Shown one piece after another: positions 29,301 to 38,812 of a stretch of 53,141 nucleotides of DNA. The position numbers were made by a program, and so were the translations under genes. How positions within the stretch are numbered: the stretch's first letter is position 1; each line of letters starts with the position of its first letter. A model generated the notes under the pieces. That model saw only the letters and a list, made by a program, of their open reading frames with translations. It had not been told where the DNA came from and did no database searches. Source of the DNA: a virus (lineage: Duplodnaviria > Caudoviricetes). The stretch spans positions 1 through 53,141 of IMG/VR virus record IMGVR_UViG_3300030389_000481, one strand, 5' to 3'.

Positions 29301-30102
29301 AAAAGAATTAAATAGTTTAGGTATTAAAAAGGATGATGCTGTTAATTGGTACAAAGCATCTTTAGTCGAAGGTAAAGCTGACCCATTAAAAATGAAAGGG
29401 TTAGATATAGATAATAATATTGTTGATAGAAAACAAGCAGAATTTTATAGTCGAAATGTTGTTGGAGGAGCTACTAGATTTACAAAAGAAGTTATCTTAC
29501 AACCTAGAGCTATAGAAGCTAATAGACCAGAATGGTTTGGTAATCCTACTGCACAATTTTTTGTACAGTTCTTAGGTTATCCGACTGTATTTAACAATAC
29601 TATTTTAACTAGATTTATTAGAGATTTAAGTCCTACATCACAAAGAACATTCTTAACAGCTCCAAGAACATTAGGAACTGTAATGGCTATGACTGCTGTT
29701 GCAGGTATGGGTAATGAAATTAGAAGTGGTGGTAGGTCAATGGAAAATGCAGATGGTACTCCAAAATCTGGTGCTGAAATAGTAGGCAATGCTGTTAGAA
29801 GATGGGGTGGTTTTGGTCCATTTGACTTTGCTTCTAGGTATCGTTCTAATCAAGAAAATAATACTGGAGGAGTAGCTACAGTTTTAAAAACTGTTTCTGG
29901 TCCTTTTCCACAAGATGTTATAGATGCTATTTTATATAGAAAAGGTACTGCTGAATTTATGTCAACTGAATTACCTTTTTATGGTTCATATGATTTATTG
30001 TTTGGACCCGGAACAAAAAAAGAATTAAGAAGGAGAGCCAGAGCATTAGATGGTAAAAAAACTAAAGATACATCAGAAGAAATTATATATAGGAAATATT
30101 AA
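26332..30102 (+). CDS. Large internal virion / ejection protein
   Basis: 1256 aa; A/G-rich membrane-like stretch; C-terminal QF..YP..F motif. Confidence 0.6.
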   Translation: MQNFLTSYNPNQDLNQLTAEELEKLRLKKLEEFYKSRMSQPEQVSSSEAMNNQLESVYSKVDSKLGNPNRKMSMTELQQDPEFQARAERFMESIGSDENIIEYLRDADYSLAAAGVRAVQSSKWKDQTKEDYFYLKNAFDNADLSGFKEYMGLVKDGFVDLVFDPVNWLAALLTIKTGGTAAGGAIAIQTALKEGVKAAGKAALKQSAPYAKIGAAEGALYGGVHDILTQNTEINIGALDGFDYSRTALSTGIGTAAGGVLGGALGSAHALYNGSKLGRGINNEHKYVSEINDPEPTAVNPKTVKENYDADEVVQLESEYNPTASGTKNFNDTIPRDKDGKIDVTDKNFTEEMANHLMGIKTGANKLAAFITGKSTSMYTDLVDESTPLLATFLRKLRYDYDAGVVKDGELQMVKVKLADGTESEFTLGEYYGRKMGKYLNAMNKIYNPFGLTGWYSRLPKRQEHALKLLMRDERMSVARVNKRERMEFSFDLPDGNDIRIRNDVLDYSNPKKGFVAKGRFVVGKDAKGNDIIEEVDIGQRTLDVYKKTRLLMNEAFEEGVELKIFAPGTKLKRGFMTRHYRHSVLEKDPGDMYRALEEYGHATPMNKIDKADQIKVVIQDVDANGNPIERTVVGHRLGQLGTDEKVFGRDFIKEARETHPLGSKATEQEIMTLAKRKKAEAIVEGMLATRNNPFETNSGIGSNFLAPRKFNNIPDNRIDKYLDDNVYDNLQQYFLNYTQYISRKKYFGSSVKEFEDKELKFILSELQATGKYSGKELETIINNLRKTMERATGLDTFQDNFFMKNPWGRGGRDVILASQQASLLPLATLSSVTEPLILLSRVPLGNAPEAIKDIGVALGKQTFRSMQQLYRNLERSGRKISKRDDGRITKSSDLIDEEWQELYEAGLAMDQAVMERIEGLTGEGLQSNFARGFQKVFFELNFLAPWTKAVQLASFRTGKKIIMRNSEALATGKGVFGRKLSKTELLQKEKELNSLGIKKDDAVNWYKASLVEGKADPLKMKGLDIDNNIVDRKQAEFYSRNVVGGATRFTKEVILQPRAIEANRPEWFGNPTAQFFVQFLGYPTVFNNTILTRFIRDLSPTSQRTFLTAPRTLGTVMAMTAVAGMGNEIRSGGRSMENADGTPKSGAEIVGNAVRRWGGFGPFDFASRYRSNQENNTGGVATVLKTVSGPFPQDVIDAILYRKGTAEFMSTELPFYGSYDLLFGPGTKKELRRRARALDGKKTKDTSEEIIYRKY

Positions 30103-30104
30103 AA

Positions 30105-31148
30105 ATGAAAGGGATAAAAAAATTATTACAATATAAAATTAAAAAAGGTGATACATTACATTCAATAGCTAGAAAAAATAATGTAGATATACTTGAGTTA
30201 TTAGAAGCTAACGAACAAATAGAAAATCCTGATATTATTTTTGCAGATAGCACTATTAATATACCTGAAAGAAGAAGAAGAACTCCAATAGTAGGAATGG
30301 ATGTAGATGCACCTGCTGTTCCTAAACCTAAAATAGAAGAAGAAATGTCATCTTTGTTAGATAGACCAGAAAGTGTAAAATATACAATACAAAAAGGAGA
30401 TACTATTTCTGGTATTGCTAAAAGAAATAAATTAAATACAGAACAATTATTAAGAAGTAATTCTTTTATTAAAGATGCAAATCAAATTCAAGCAGGACAA
30501 GAAATAAATGTACCACAGTTTGGTTTATATGAATCACAAGATTTTAAAGAAAGAACTAACTTACCTGCTGAAAAACCTAGAGAAAGATTCTTACCTTCTA
30601 ATGTAAGACAATTACTATCGGATATTAATCCTATTAATCGTATAAGAAGAAATTTAAATATAGGTATGGAGGATTTTACAGAAGCAGATTTAACACCAAA
30701 AGAATTACAGGCAGCAAGAGAGATTGCTAGAAAAGTGATAACAGATGGAAGTTTAGGTTATGAAGATAGTAATGGTAATGTAATAAATAGAGGTAGGAAA
30801 GATATAATATCTTATAATGATTTTAGAACTTCTGAAGGTGCATATGATGATGTAGGTGGAGAAGCTATAGGTATAGAAAAAGCTATTTCAAAATTTAAAG
30901 ACCCTTCTTTTTCTTTAAAAACTTTAATAGGTCAAGCTACTATTACACAAAATGATAGAGGAGAAACTATAATTATTGACAGATATAACTTTAATGAAGA
31001 AGACCCTAATTCATTTAGAGACTACGCTAAAAAATTAGCAAGAGTTGTAAGTGACCCTATCTATGGTAGTTTTAGAGAAGCAGGTAGTATCTTTGGAAGT
31101 AATGAAGGTGAGGGAAGTTTTATTAGATTAAATTTAGGAAGATTATAA
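30105..31148 (+). CDS. LysM-domain protein (2 LysM)
   Basis: YKIKKGDTLHSIA and YTIQKGDTISGIA. Confidence 0.85.
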   Translation: MKGIKKLLQYKIKKGDTLHSIARKNNVDILELLEANEQIENPDIIFADSTINIPERRRRTPIVGMDVDAPAVPKPKIEEEMSSLLDRPESVKYTIQKGDTISGIAKRNKLNTEQLLRSNSFIKDANQIQAGQEINVPQFGLYESQDFKERTNLPAEKPRERFLPSNVRQLLSDINPINRIRRNLNIGMEDFTEADLTPKELQAAREIARKVITDGSLGYEDSNGNVINRGRKDIISYNDFRTSEGAYDDVGGEAIGIEKAISKFKDPSFSLKTLIGQATITQNDRGETIIIDRYNFNEEDPNSFRDYAKKLARVVSDPIYGSFREAGSIFGSNEGEGSFIRLNLGRL

Positions 31149-31612
31149 TGAACATAGAATTATGTAAAGCAGAGATAACTAGACATGAAGGTAAAGTATT
31201 AGAAATATACGAAGATAGTCTAGGATATAAAACTCTTGGTATAGGACATTTATGTCAACCAGAAGACCCAGAATATGATTGGGAAGTTGGTACTCCTGTA
31301 TCAGAAGAAATTGTTGACATGTATTTTGAAGATGATTTTAACAAACACTTATCAGAAACTATTCATGTGTTTGGTACAGAAGAAGCTTTTTATAATTTAC
31401 CTTCTGATATACAAAGAGTGTTGGTAAACATGTGTTTTAATTTAGGTGGTACTAGATTATCTAAATTTAAAAATATGTTAACAGCTTGTAGAGCACATGA
31501 CTGGAATGAGATGGCTAGACAAATGGAAGATAGTCGTTGGTTTGGTCAAGTGGGGAGGCGTAGTAAGGAGTTACAGGAGTTAGTCTTACAACAAAATGAT
31601 TCTGTATACTGA
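31148..31612 (+). CDS. Lysozyme/endolysin (GH24, T4-lysozyme-like)
   Basis: HEG...YEDSLGYKTLGIGHL; NMCFNLG; SRW..QV..R. Confidence 0.9.
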   Translation: MNIELCKAEITRHEGKVLEIYEDSLGYKTLGIGHLCQPEDPEYDWEVGTPVSEEIVDMYFEDDFNKHLSETIHVFGTEEAFYNLPSDIQRVLVNMCFNLGGTRLSKFKNMLTACRAHDWNEMARQMEDSRWFGQVGRRSKELQELVLQQNDSVY

Positions 31613-31745
31613 AAAGCAATTAGAAGATTCTTACAATATTTATCGAAGGATGCAAATAAAAAAAGATATGGCATTTGTATCTTTAGATGATTTTAGAATT
31701 ATGTTTGAAATAATAATGGAGATAGCATTTAAGGAAGAAAGATGA
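31596..31745 (+). CDS. Hypothetical protein (49 aa)
   Basis: MILYTEKQLE...; overlaps both neighbours. Confidence 0.55.
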   Translation: MILYTEKQLEDSYNIYRRMQIKKDMAFVSLDDFRIMFEIIMEIAFKEER

Positions 31746-32215
31746 AAAATTTATTAAAAAATATCGTAGGTGCAGTAGCTCCAACATTAGGCACAGCTTT
31801 AGGTGGTCCTATGGGTGGAATGGCTGCTAACATGATTTCAGAAGTTTTAGGAGTTCCTAATAATCCTAAAGCTATAGAGAAAGGTATAGCAGAAGCTACG
31901 CCTGAACAGATGTTAGAACTTAAAAAAGCTGAACAAGCTTTTGAAGTTCAGATGAAAGAACTAGATGTTGATGTCTACAAACTAGAAGTAGAAGATACTC
32001 AAGATGCAAGAAAGAATTTTAGTAAAGACTGGACTGCTCGTATCATGGGTATAGCAACAGTAGGTGGTTTTCTGGGATACATATTCTTAGTAACACTACA
32101 ACCACCAGAACAAAACTCTGAGGCTCTAATTAATTTAGTCTTAGGTTATCTTGGTGGTTTAGCATCAGCAGTAATTAGTTTTTATTTTGGAGCTTCTAAC
32201 TCCAGTAAAGATTAA
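31742..32215 (+). CDS. Putative holin-like membrane protein
   Basis: APTLGTALGGP N-terminus; two C-terminal TMs ending FYFGAS; next to endolysin. Confidence 0.6.
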   Translation: MKNLLKNIVGAVAPTLGTALGGPMGGMAANMISEVLGVPNNPKAIEKGIAEATPEQMLELKKAEQAFEVQMKELDVDVYKLEVEDTQDARKNFSKDWTARIMGIATVGGFLGYIFLVTLQPPEQNSEALINLVLGYLGGLASAVISFYFGASNSSKD

Positions 32216-32565
32216 TGCAAGAAGTAGTAACCATTATTCAACAAGTAGGCTTTCCTATTGCAGCAGCTTTAGGATTAGGTTGGTTTATATATAAACTTAT
32301 CATGCGTATTGTTGATGGTATGGAAACTAAGTTAGAAACTTTAGATGATAAAGTTCAAACATCTTTAGATACTATGGAAGAAAGAGTGACTACAAAACTT
32401 GATAGTCAGTATGGAATTATTGTTGCTTTAATTGATAGAGTAAGAGCTTTAGATAATCAAAGTATCAGACAAGATGTATTATTAAAAACATTATTAGGTG
32501 TACCTAACCTAATAGATATAGATAAAATAGCAAAGGCAGATAGAGATGACCAAAGAAAAGATTGA
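32215..32565 (+). CDS. Membrane protein with coiled coil
   Basis: QVGFPIA...TM helix. Confidence 0.55.
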   Translation: MQEVVTIIQQVGFPIAAALGLGWFIYKLIMRIVDGMETKLETLDDKVQTSLDTMEERVTTKLDSQYGIIVALIDRVRALDNQSIRQDVLLKTLLGVPNLIDIDKIAKADRDDQRKD

Positions 32566-33061
32566 TATAGAAAACATGCACCCAATGAAGCAAATTACTA
32601 TTGCTTCTTTTATACAAATAAGTATGTTTGGATTTATGTTACTAAGTTTTTTAGTAATAAATCAATTAACTGCAGATGAAATAGTATTTAAATTTAAGAG
32701 CCCTAGTTTTAGTGGAGAAGGAACCTCTGCTCATTACCTTACAATAGAAAATCAAGAGTATACTCGTAAGATGACTATTAAAGAAGAACTAAAAGCTTTA
32801 CAAGACCAAATAGAAAGAGACAAAGAAAATACAACACTAGCAAGATTTATAAGAAACTTAGAATCTAGAATATATGCACAATTATCAAGGCAACTTGTAG
32901 AAAATTTATTTGGTGAGAATCCTAGTACAAGTGGCATACTAGAATTAGAAGGTAATACTATTGAATATAGTATTGAAGATGGAATTATAACTTTAACAAT
33001 TACAGATAGCGATGGGAATCAAACAGTTATTCAGTTGCCTATTGGTGATTTTTCTTTCTAG
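32546..33061 (+). CDS. csgF: CsgF-like curli assembly protein
   Basis: Signal peptide, EIVFKFKSPSFSG, F..NLESRIYAQLS. Confidence 0.75.
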   Translation: MTKEKIDIENMHPMKQITIASFIQISMFGFMLLSFLVINQLTADEIVFKFKSPSFSGEGTSAHYLTIENQEYTRKMTIKEELKALQDQIERDKENTTLARFIRNLESRIYAQLSRQLVENLFGENPSTSGILELEGNTIEYSIEDGIITLTITDSDGNQTVIQLPIGDFSF

Positions 33062-33866
33062 TTGTGCAGTATTATCTAAGAACACAGACTTAGTATTATC
33101 ACAAGATATAGAAACACCAAAGGTACTAAACTTACAGTCAGAAGAATTATTAAACTTACCACCGGCAGAACACAGACCTGTCATTGCAGTATATGCTAAT
33201 AGTTTTCAAGACTTAACAGGACAAAGAAAAAGCAATAGCAGTTTTGCTATGTTTAGTACAGCAGTTACTCAAGCTCCAGAAGCATTACTTATAAGAGCTT
33301 TGAAACATGCTGCAAATGGTAAATTTTTTAGAGTTGTTGAGAGGGTGGGTTTAGAAAACCTTACCAAAGAAAGACAGCTCATTCGTTCAACCAGAGAAAA
33401 TTTTGAAGAAGACCAAAAACTTCAACCATTATTATTCGCAGGAATAATAGTACAGGGTGGAGTAATAGGGTACGACACAAATATAGAATCTGGTGGTATA
33501 GGTGCTAGGTACTTAGGAATAGGTAATAGTACTGTATACCGAGAAGACATAGTAACTATATCATTAAGATTAGTTTCTGTGGCAACTGGTGAGATATTAT
33601 TAGAGACTACTGTTTCTAAAAATATTTTATCAACAAGCATTTCTCAAGACATCTTTCGTTATATAGAAGCTGGTACTGAACTAGTGGAAATAGAGGGTGG
33701 TGTTGCAGAGAATGAAGCCGGTTCTATAGCTTTGCAAAAGGCAATAGAAGCCGGTGTTTTAGACTTAATAAAACTAGGAATAGAGAGAGGATATTGGAAA
33801 TATGAAAACATTAAAATTGATGAGCCTTGTGATGTTGATGCTGAGTGTATCGATATACGGGGATGA
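33012..33866 (+). CDS. csgG: CsgG-like outer-membrane secretion lipoprotein
   Basis: Lipobox LSSC; F.DLTGQRK, STAVTQ, VERVGL..L.KERQLIR, GGIGARYLGIG. Confidence 0.9.
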   Translation: MGIKQLFSCLLVIFLSSCAVLSKNTDLVLSQDIETPKVLNLQSEELLNLPPAEHRPVIAVYANSFQDLTGQRKSNSSFAMFSTAVTQAPEALLIRALKHAANGKFFRVVERVGLENLTKERQLIRSTRENFEEDQKLQPLLFAGIIVQGGVIGYDTNIESGGIGARYLGIGNSTVYREDIVTISLRLVSVATGEILLETTVSKNILSTSISQDIFRYIEAGTELVEIEGGVAENEAGSIALQKAIEAGVLDLIKLGIERGYWKYENIKIDEPCDVDAECIDIRG

Positions 33867-34518
33867 CAACGAAATTTATATTGACCAGTCAGGAGATACA
33901 GCTAATATAGATATGGAACAATTAGGTTCCGGAAATATTATTGGTGGTCTCGATTCTACTGCAGGTAGTTTAACTGCATTTGATTTAGATGGAGATAATT
34001 TAACTCTAACATTAAATCAAATTGGAGATAGTAATACTTTTCTTGGTGACATACTAGGAGATAATATTACTGGATACTTTAACTTTGATGGTAATTCAAA
34101 TGCGTTCACTATTCAAGTTGACCCTACTAATACATATGGAGCAGATAGTTCAAACTTTAATGTTCAAGCTACAGGCGATAGTAATACATTTAGTTTAGAT
34201 GTAGCTACTAATGCTATGGCTAGTAATACAGACTTAGATTGGATTATCAATGGTAGTAGTAACACATTAACATTTGATATAGATGTTGATGGTGCTACTT
34301 CATATCTAGATATAGATGGGGATAGTAATACTGTAACTTATGATGGTGATGGATATGCTAATGGTTATTTTTATTTAGACCAAACAGGCAACTCTAGAAC
34401 TTTCAATATTCAACAACAAAGTACATTAGCAAGTGACTGGCTCAAGATTATTTCAAATGGCAATTCTGGTACTCTGTGTATTATCCAAGATGATAATGGC
34501 ACAGCAGTCGGATGTTAG
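33802..34518 (+). CDS. Secreted curlin-like repeat protein
   Basis: Signal peptide; Q-x-G-x-x-N and G.SN repeats; D/N/G/S/T-rich. Confidence 0.65.
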   Translation: MKTLKLMSLVMLMLSVSIYGDDNEIYIDQSGDTANIDMEQLGSGNIIGGLDSTAGSLTAFDLDGDNLTLTLNQIGDSNTFLGDILGDNITGYFNFDGNSNAFTIQVDPTNTYGADSSNFNVQATGDSNTFSLDVATNAMASNTDLDWIINGSSNTLTFDIDVDGATSYLDIDGDSNTVTYDGDGYANGYFYLDQTGNSRTFNIQQQSTLASDWLKIISNGNSGTLCIIQDDNGTAVGC

Positions 34519-35542
34519 TATTGGTAACATAACAGAATTAAAAGGACAGGGCAGGATTGTAAGGGATAAACCTTATGATGCTGCCTTATCTTTTGATATA
34601 GAAAGTTTTGATAATGTTGAAACTTCCAATGGAAGACTAGGTATAACCTTTTTAAATAATAGTCAGGTAAGGTTAACCGAACATTCTAAACTTGTCATAG
34701 ATGAATTTATCTACGACCCTAATCCTTCTAAGTCTAAAATGACTTTACAGTTTGCAAGTGGTACTGCAAGATTTATTACTGGTAAACTAAATAATATAAA
34801 TAAAGAGAACATTGCTATAACTACGCCAAGTGCCAATGTTTCAATTAGAGGCACGGACTTTACTTTAACAGTAAATGAGTTAGGAGAATCTCTTATAATA
34901 TTATTACCTAAAGCAGATGGAACTCCTAGTGGAGAGATATTAGTTGCGACTGCTGCAGGTGAAGTAATATTAAATCAACCATATCAGGCTACAACAGTTT
35001 CTATGTTTGAAGTAGAACCTACTAAGCCGGTCATATTAGACATTACCTTAGAGTTAATTGATAATATGTTAATTGTAAATCCACCAGAGGAGAATATAAA
35101 TGTTAGTGAGCAGGGAGTGTCCTCCAGTAGTAGTAATATACTTGATGTTGATTATCTTGAATTTGAAGACCTCGACATCGATTACTTATCAGGAGATGAA
35201 TTAGAATTTACAGAACTAGATATTAATTATTTAGATGTAAACTTTTTGGAAGACTTGTTAGATATTATTCAAGATGTTAATGAGTTAGACCAAACAGAAA
35301 CTTTATTAAGTGCAGAGCTAGATTTAAAAGGAACTACATTTGGATTTGACCAAGACACTCAAGTAAATACTTTTACTACAGATAGTGTCTTAACTTTTGT
35401 AAGAGCTTTAGAAAATACAGTTAGACTTGATTTAGATAAGTCAGGAGCTTACACAGTTATTCTTATACAGAATGGAAAGAGCACACAGATAGTAGTGAAT
35501 GGTGGAGGTTCATCTACAATAACAATTAAACAAGGTGGTTAA
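34433..35542 (+). CDS. FecR-domain periplasmic protein
   Basis: Signal peptide; VET.NG...I.F...S.V.L.E.S.L.ID; TP.A...IRGTDF; acidic repeat tail. Confidence 0.75.
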   Translation: MTGSRLFQMAILVLCVLSKMIMAQQSDVSIGNITELKGQGRIVRDKPYDAALSFDIESFDNVETSNGRLGITFLNNSQVRLTEHSKLVIDEFIYDPNPSKSKMTLQFASGTARFITGKLNNINKENIAITTPSANVSIRGTDFTLTVNELGESLIILLPKADGTPSGEILVATAAGEVILNQPYQATTVSMFEVEPTKPVILDITLELIDNMLIVNPPEENINVSEQGVSSSSSNILDVDYLEFEDLDIDYLSGDELEFTELDINYLDVNFLEDLLDIIQDVNELDQTETLLSAELDLKGTTFGFDQDTQVNTFTTDSVLTFVRALENTVRLDLDKSGAYTVILIQNGKSTQIVVNGGGSSTITIKQGG

Positions 35543-37292
35543 TATGAAATGGGCTAGTATATTATTAGGATTACTTACATTACCTCTTATCTTTAACTTC
35601 GCACCTCTTGAAGTTATGAGATTAAAAACTTTTGATGCTTTGGTGACAACACCAGAACCATCTGGATATTTTACAATTCTTAATATTACAGAAGAAGATG
35701 TACAACTTAGAGGTGGCTATCCTTTTCCTAGACAAGACTTAGCTAGTATTCATATTGATTTACTAAACGAAGGAGCAATGGGTGTAGGCTGGGTAATATT
35801 ATTTCCACAAGAAGATAGATTTGGTGGCGATAAAATATTCTCTGATGTATTAGGATATGCTCCCAGCGTATTAGCTATGCCAGAGTTTGACAATGGTATG
35901 TATCCAGAAACTCATGGTACTGTAATACTTGGACCGGATATAGAGTTACCAAAAGCAAAAGGATTTTTACAAAACATACCTGAACTAAGAAAGTCTGCTT
36001 CTCAAGGTGCTGTATCTGCTCCTGTAGATATAGATAATCTTGTAAGAAGATTACCATTATTACAACAAACTCCTGATGGTTGGGTTGCTGCTTTCGGTAC
36101 AGAAGTTTTAAAAACTTTAGCCGATGCTAATACTTATCAGATAAAAACAAATGAGAATGGTATTGAGATGATAAGAGTAAGAGGTCTTGAACCAATATCA
36201 ACAGATAGTCTTGGTCGTAAATGGATTAGTTGGGTAGACACACCACAGACTACATTAGAAGAAATGAATGTTGCAGGTAAGTTTGTATTTGTAGGTGTTA
36301 CTGCAGAGGGGGTAATGCCAACTTTAGCCACACCAAATGGGCTATTAGAGCCTCACAAGATACAGGCTGCCCTTGCAGAAAGTATTTTGATTGACTCTCC
36401 TTTCATACCTGACTATAGATTATTTGTAGAACTATTATTATTATGCGTATCAGGATTGCTCGTAGCATTCATTATAAATTACTTTGGTATAACATGGGGA
36501 TTATCATTAACAGGTATCTCGATATTATCGATGGGTGGACTCGGTTATTATTTTATATCGCTAGGTTATTTAATTGATGTAACATGGAGTATGACATGTA
36601 TGACACTTATGTCATTACAACAATTCTACTTACGCTTTAGACAACAATACAAACTAAGACAACTAATCAAAAAACAATTTGAGCATTACCTAGACCCAAG
36701 ACAAGTAAAACAATTACAAGAAAATCCTGAACTGTTAAAGTTAGGTGGTGAAAGAAAAGAATGCACCATCCTCTTTACTGATGTTAGAGGTTTCACTTCT
36801 TTATCAGAACGACTTCCACCAGAACAAGTAACAGACTTAATGAATAAAACATTAACCATACAAGCAAATGCAGTTAAGAAGTATGGAGGTATGGTTGATA
36901 AATATATTGGTGATGCAATGATGGCAATATTTAATGCACCTATAGATATTGATATGCATGAAGACAGAGCAATACTTGCAGCAATAGAAATAAAGAAAGA
37001 AATGGAAGAAGCAAACTTAGGTATTCAAATTGGTATAGGAATCAATTCGGGAATCGTGATGTTAGGTAACTGTGGTTCAGAAGATAGGTTTGATTATACT
37101 GCTATAGGTGATGCAGTTAATCTTGCAGCAAGACTTGAAAGCTCTACTAAGGAAGTAGGTGAAGATATTGTGATAGGATATAACACTATGAAGAACAGCG
37201 ACATGCAATTAAAACTACTAAAACCTATCAAAGTTAAGGGAAAAGAACATAAAGTAGCAATATACACAGTAAATCCAGCAGAATATTCGTAA
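35535..37292 (+). CDS. CHASE2-domain class III adenylate cyclase
   Basis: CHASE2 (YPFPR, D.D..VRR.PL), TM helices, FTDVRGFT, DKYIGDA, YTAIGDAVNLAARLE. Confidence 0.9.
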   Translation: MVNMKWASILLGLLTLPLIFNFAPLEVMRLKTFDALVTTPEPSGYFTILNITEEDVQLRGGYPFPRQDLASIHIDLLNEGAMGVGWVILFPQEDRFGGDKIFSDVLGYAPSVLAMPEFDNGMYPETHGTVILGPDIELPKAKGFLQNIPELRKSASQGAVSAPVDIDNLVRRLPLLQQTPDGWVAAFGTEVLKTLADANTYQIKTNENGIEMIRVRGLEPISTDSLGRKWISWVDTPQTTLEEMNVAGKFVFVGVTAEGVMPTLATPNGLLEPHKIQAALAESILIDSPFIPDYRLFVELLLLCVSGLLVAFIINYFGITWGLSLTGISILSMGGLGYYFISLGYLIDVTWSMTCMTLMSLQQFYLRFRQQYKLRQLIKKQFEHYLDPRQVKQLQENPELLKLGGERKECTILFTDVRGFTSLSERLPPEQVTDLMNKTLTIQANAVKKYGGMVDKYIGDAMMAIFNAPIDIDMHEDRAILAAIEIKKEMEEANLGIQIGIGINSGIVMLGNCGSEDRFDYTAIGDAVNLAARLESSTKEVGEDIVIGYNTMKNSDMQLKLLKPIKVKGKEHKVAIYTVNPAEYS

Positions 37293-37294
37293 AT

Positions 37295-37395
37295 CCTCTC
37301 AGAGGCACGGAGAAGGCGTGTAAGCAATTTTATGTGGTTTTGGACTTATGGTATTACTTACAGCCTTTCCGTTGAATACAGAGCATTCTGTGAGG
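37295..37395. terminator. Long imperfect hairpin at the convergence of the two arms
   Basis: CCTCTCAGA/TCTGTGAGG and ACGGA-GAAGGC-TGTAAG/CTTACA-GCCTT-TCCGT. Confidence 0.55.
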
Positions 37396-37403
37396 TCAAT
37401 TTT

Positions 37404-37631
37404 TTAATTTTCCCCCATTTTTCTAGCATTTAGGTGAGATTCTATTTTATTGTGTATATTATCTAATTCTGCCTTACCTTCTCGCACAATAGTCTTTAAT
37501 ATTTCGTATTCTTCTTGTTTCAAAAACTTTTTTAAGTGTTTAATATCTGTTGTTATTCTTTCAGTTATTAATTGTCCTGCCCTATTGTATAGAAATCTGT
37601 AACCAAGAAGTGTTGCTTCCTCTCTTTTCAT
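37404..37631 (-). CDS. Hypothetical protein
   Basis: 75-aa ORF after nrdB. Confidence 0.6.
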   Translation of the reverse strand: MKREEATLLGYRFLYNRAGQLITERITTDIKHLKKFLKQEEYEILKTIVREGKAELDNIHNKIESHLNARKMGEN

Positions 37632-37633
37632 AA

Positions 37634-38611
37634 TTATCCTTCATTAAAGTTTGTAAATGTTATCTTGTCTTGTGCACCTCGAAGTCCTGCTTTCATATAA
37701 GTAGTAGCACGACCTTCAAAAAAGTTCTGATGTTCTACTCCCATGACTTCATCTATCCAACCAAGAGGATTTTCTTTCTGGTCATAATTAGTTTTAAGAC
37801 CAAGCTGTAATAATCTTCTATCAGCTATGTATCTATTGTAAGCATACATATCTTTTTTAGTTAAACCTTTTAAGTCTCCCATTTCAAACACTAAGTCTAA
37901 GAACTTATCTTCTAATGTAACCATCTCTCTGCATATCTCATATATTTCTTTTTTGAAATCATCTGTCCATATGTCTATGTTTTCTTTTATAAACTCTCTG
38001 AATAGTTTTGTCATTGCTTCTACATGCATTGATTCATCACGAATAGAATATGTAACTATCTGACCCATACCTTTCATCTTTCCAAATCTAGGAAAGTTTA
38101 ACAAAATTGCAAAGCTACTAAATAATTGTAGTCCTTCTGTAAAAGCAGAGTAAACTGCTAGGGTTTTAGCTATAGTTCTTTTATCAGACTTTGTAGGTTT
38201 AAAGTTAGAAACATAATCATGCTTGTCTGCCATCTCCTCATACTTTGCAAAAGCTTTATATTCTATATCTGGCATACCAACAGTATCAAGTAGCAAACTG
38301 TATGCATGTTGATGTATTGATTCCATGTTAGCAAAAGAAGACATCATCATTCTTGCTTCTGGTTTTGTAAATGTACGCATATACTTATCAATGTACCCAC
38401 TAGCTACATCTACATCTGACTGAGTAAATAATCTAAATATTTGTGTAAGTAGATTTTTTTCTACATCAGTTAAATCTTGCCAGTCTTTTACATCTGTATG
38501 TAAAGCTACTGACTCTGGCATCCAATGCATTTGATTCTGTAATACATAGTAATCAAACATCCATGGATACTCAAAAGGTTTGTAGTAATCTCTATTGCCC
38601 AGTAAACTCAT
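37634..38611 (-). CDS. nrdB: Ribonucleotide reductase class I beta subunit
   Basis: ESIHQHAYS, EGLQLFSSF, RDESMH, NFFE. Confidence 0.95.
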   Translation of the reverse strand: MSLLGNRDYYKPFEYPWMFDYYVLQNQMHWMPESVALHTDVKDWQDLTDVEKNLLTQIFRLFTQSDVDVASGYIDKYMRTFTKPEARMMMSSFANMESIHQHAYSLLLDTVGMPDIEYKAFAKYEEMADKHDYVSNFKPTKSDKRTIAKTLAVYSAFTEGLQLFSSFAILLNFPRFGKMKGMGQIVTYSIRDESMHVEAMTKLFREFIKENIDIWTDDFKKEIYEICREMVTLEDKFLDLVFEMGDLKGLTKKDMYAYNRYIADRRLLQLGLKTNYDQKENPLGWIDEVMGVEHQNFFEGRATTYMKAGLRGAQDKITFTNFNEG

Positions 38612-38810
38612 ATCTGTTCTCCTCTAATAGTTTTAAATTTTCTGTTGCCTCTGCGTAGTCTTCAAATAGTTTGTCTACAGTATCAACCATATTAGGATGG
38701 TCAGCTACTCCAACACCTTCTCTAAAATACATTTGAATATTACACAAAGCTTCTGATTGCCTTGCTTTATATCTATCATACAAAGCGTTATATAATCTTT
38801 GTTTAGTCAT
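38592..38810 (-). CDS. Hypothetical protein
   Basis: GVGVADHP motif; between nrdA and nrdB. Confidence 0.65.
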   Translation of the reverse strand: MTKQRLYNALYDRYKARQSEALCNIQMYFREGVGVADHPNMVDTVDKLFEDYAEATENLKLLEENRYEFTGQ

Positions 38811-38812
38811 AA

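Noticed and set aside
35535-37292. Pycsar/CBASS-type defence cyclase
   Set aside because: CHASE2-TM architecture and ATP-type Lys/Thr residues; no adjacent effector gene
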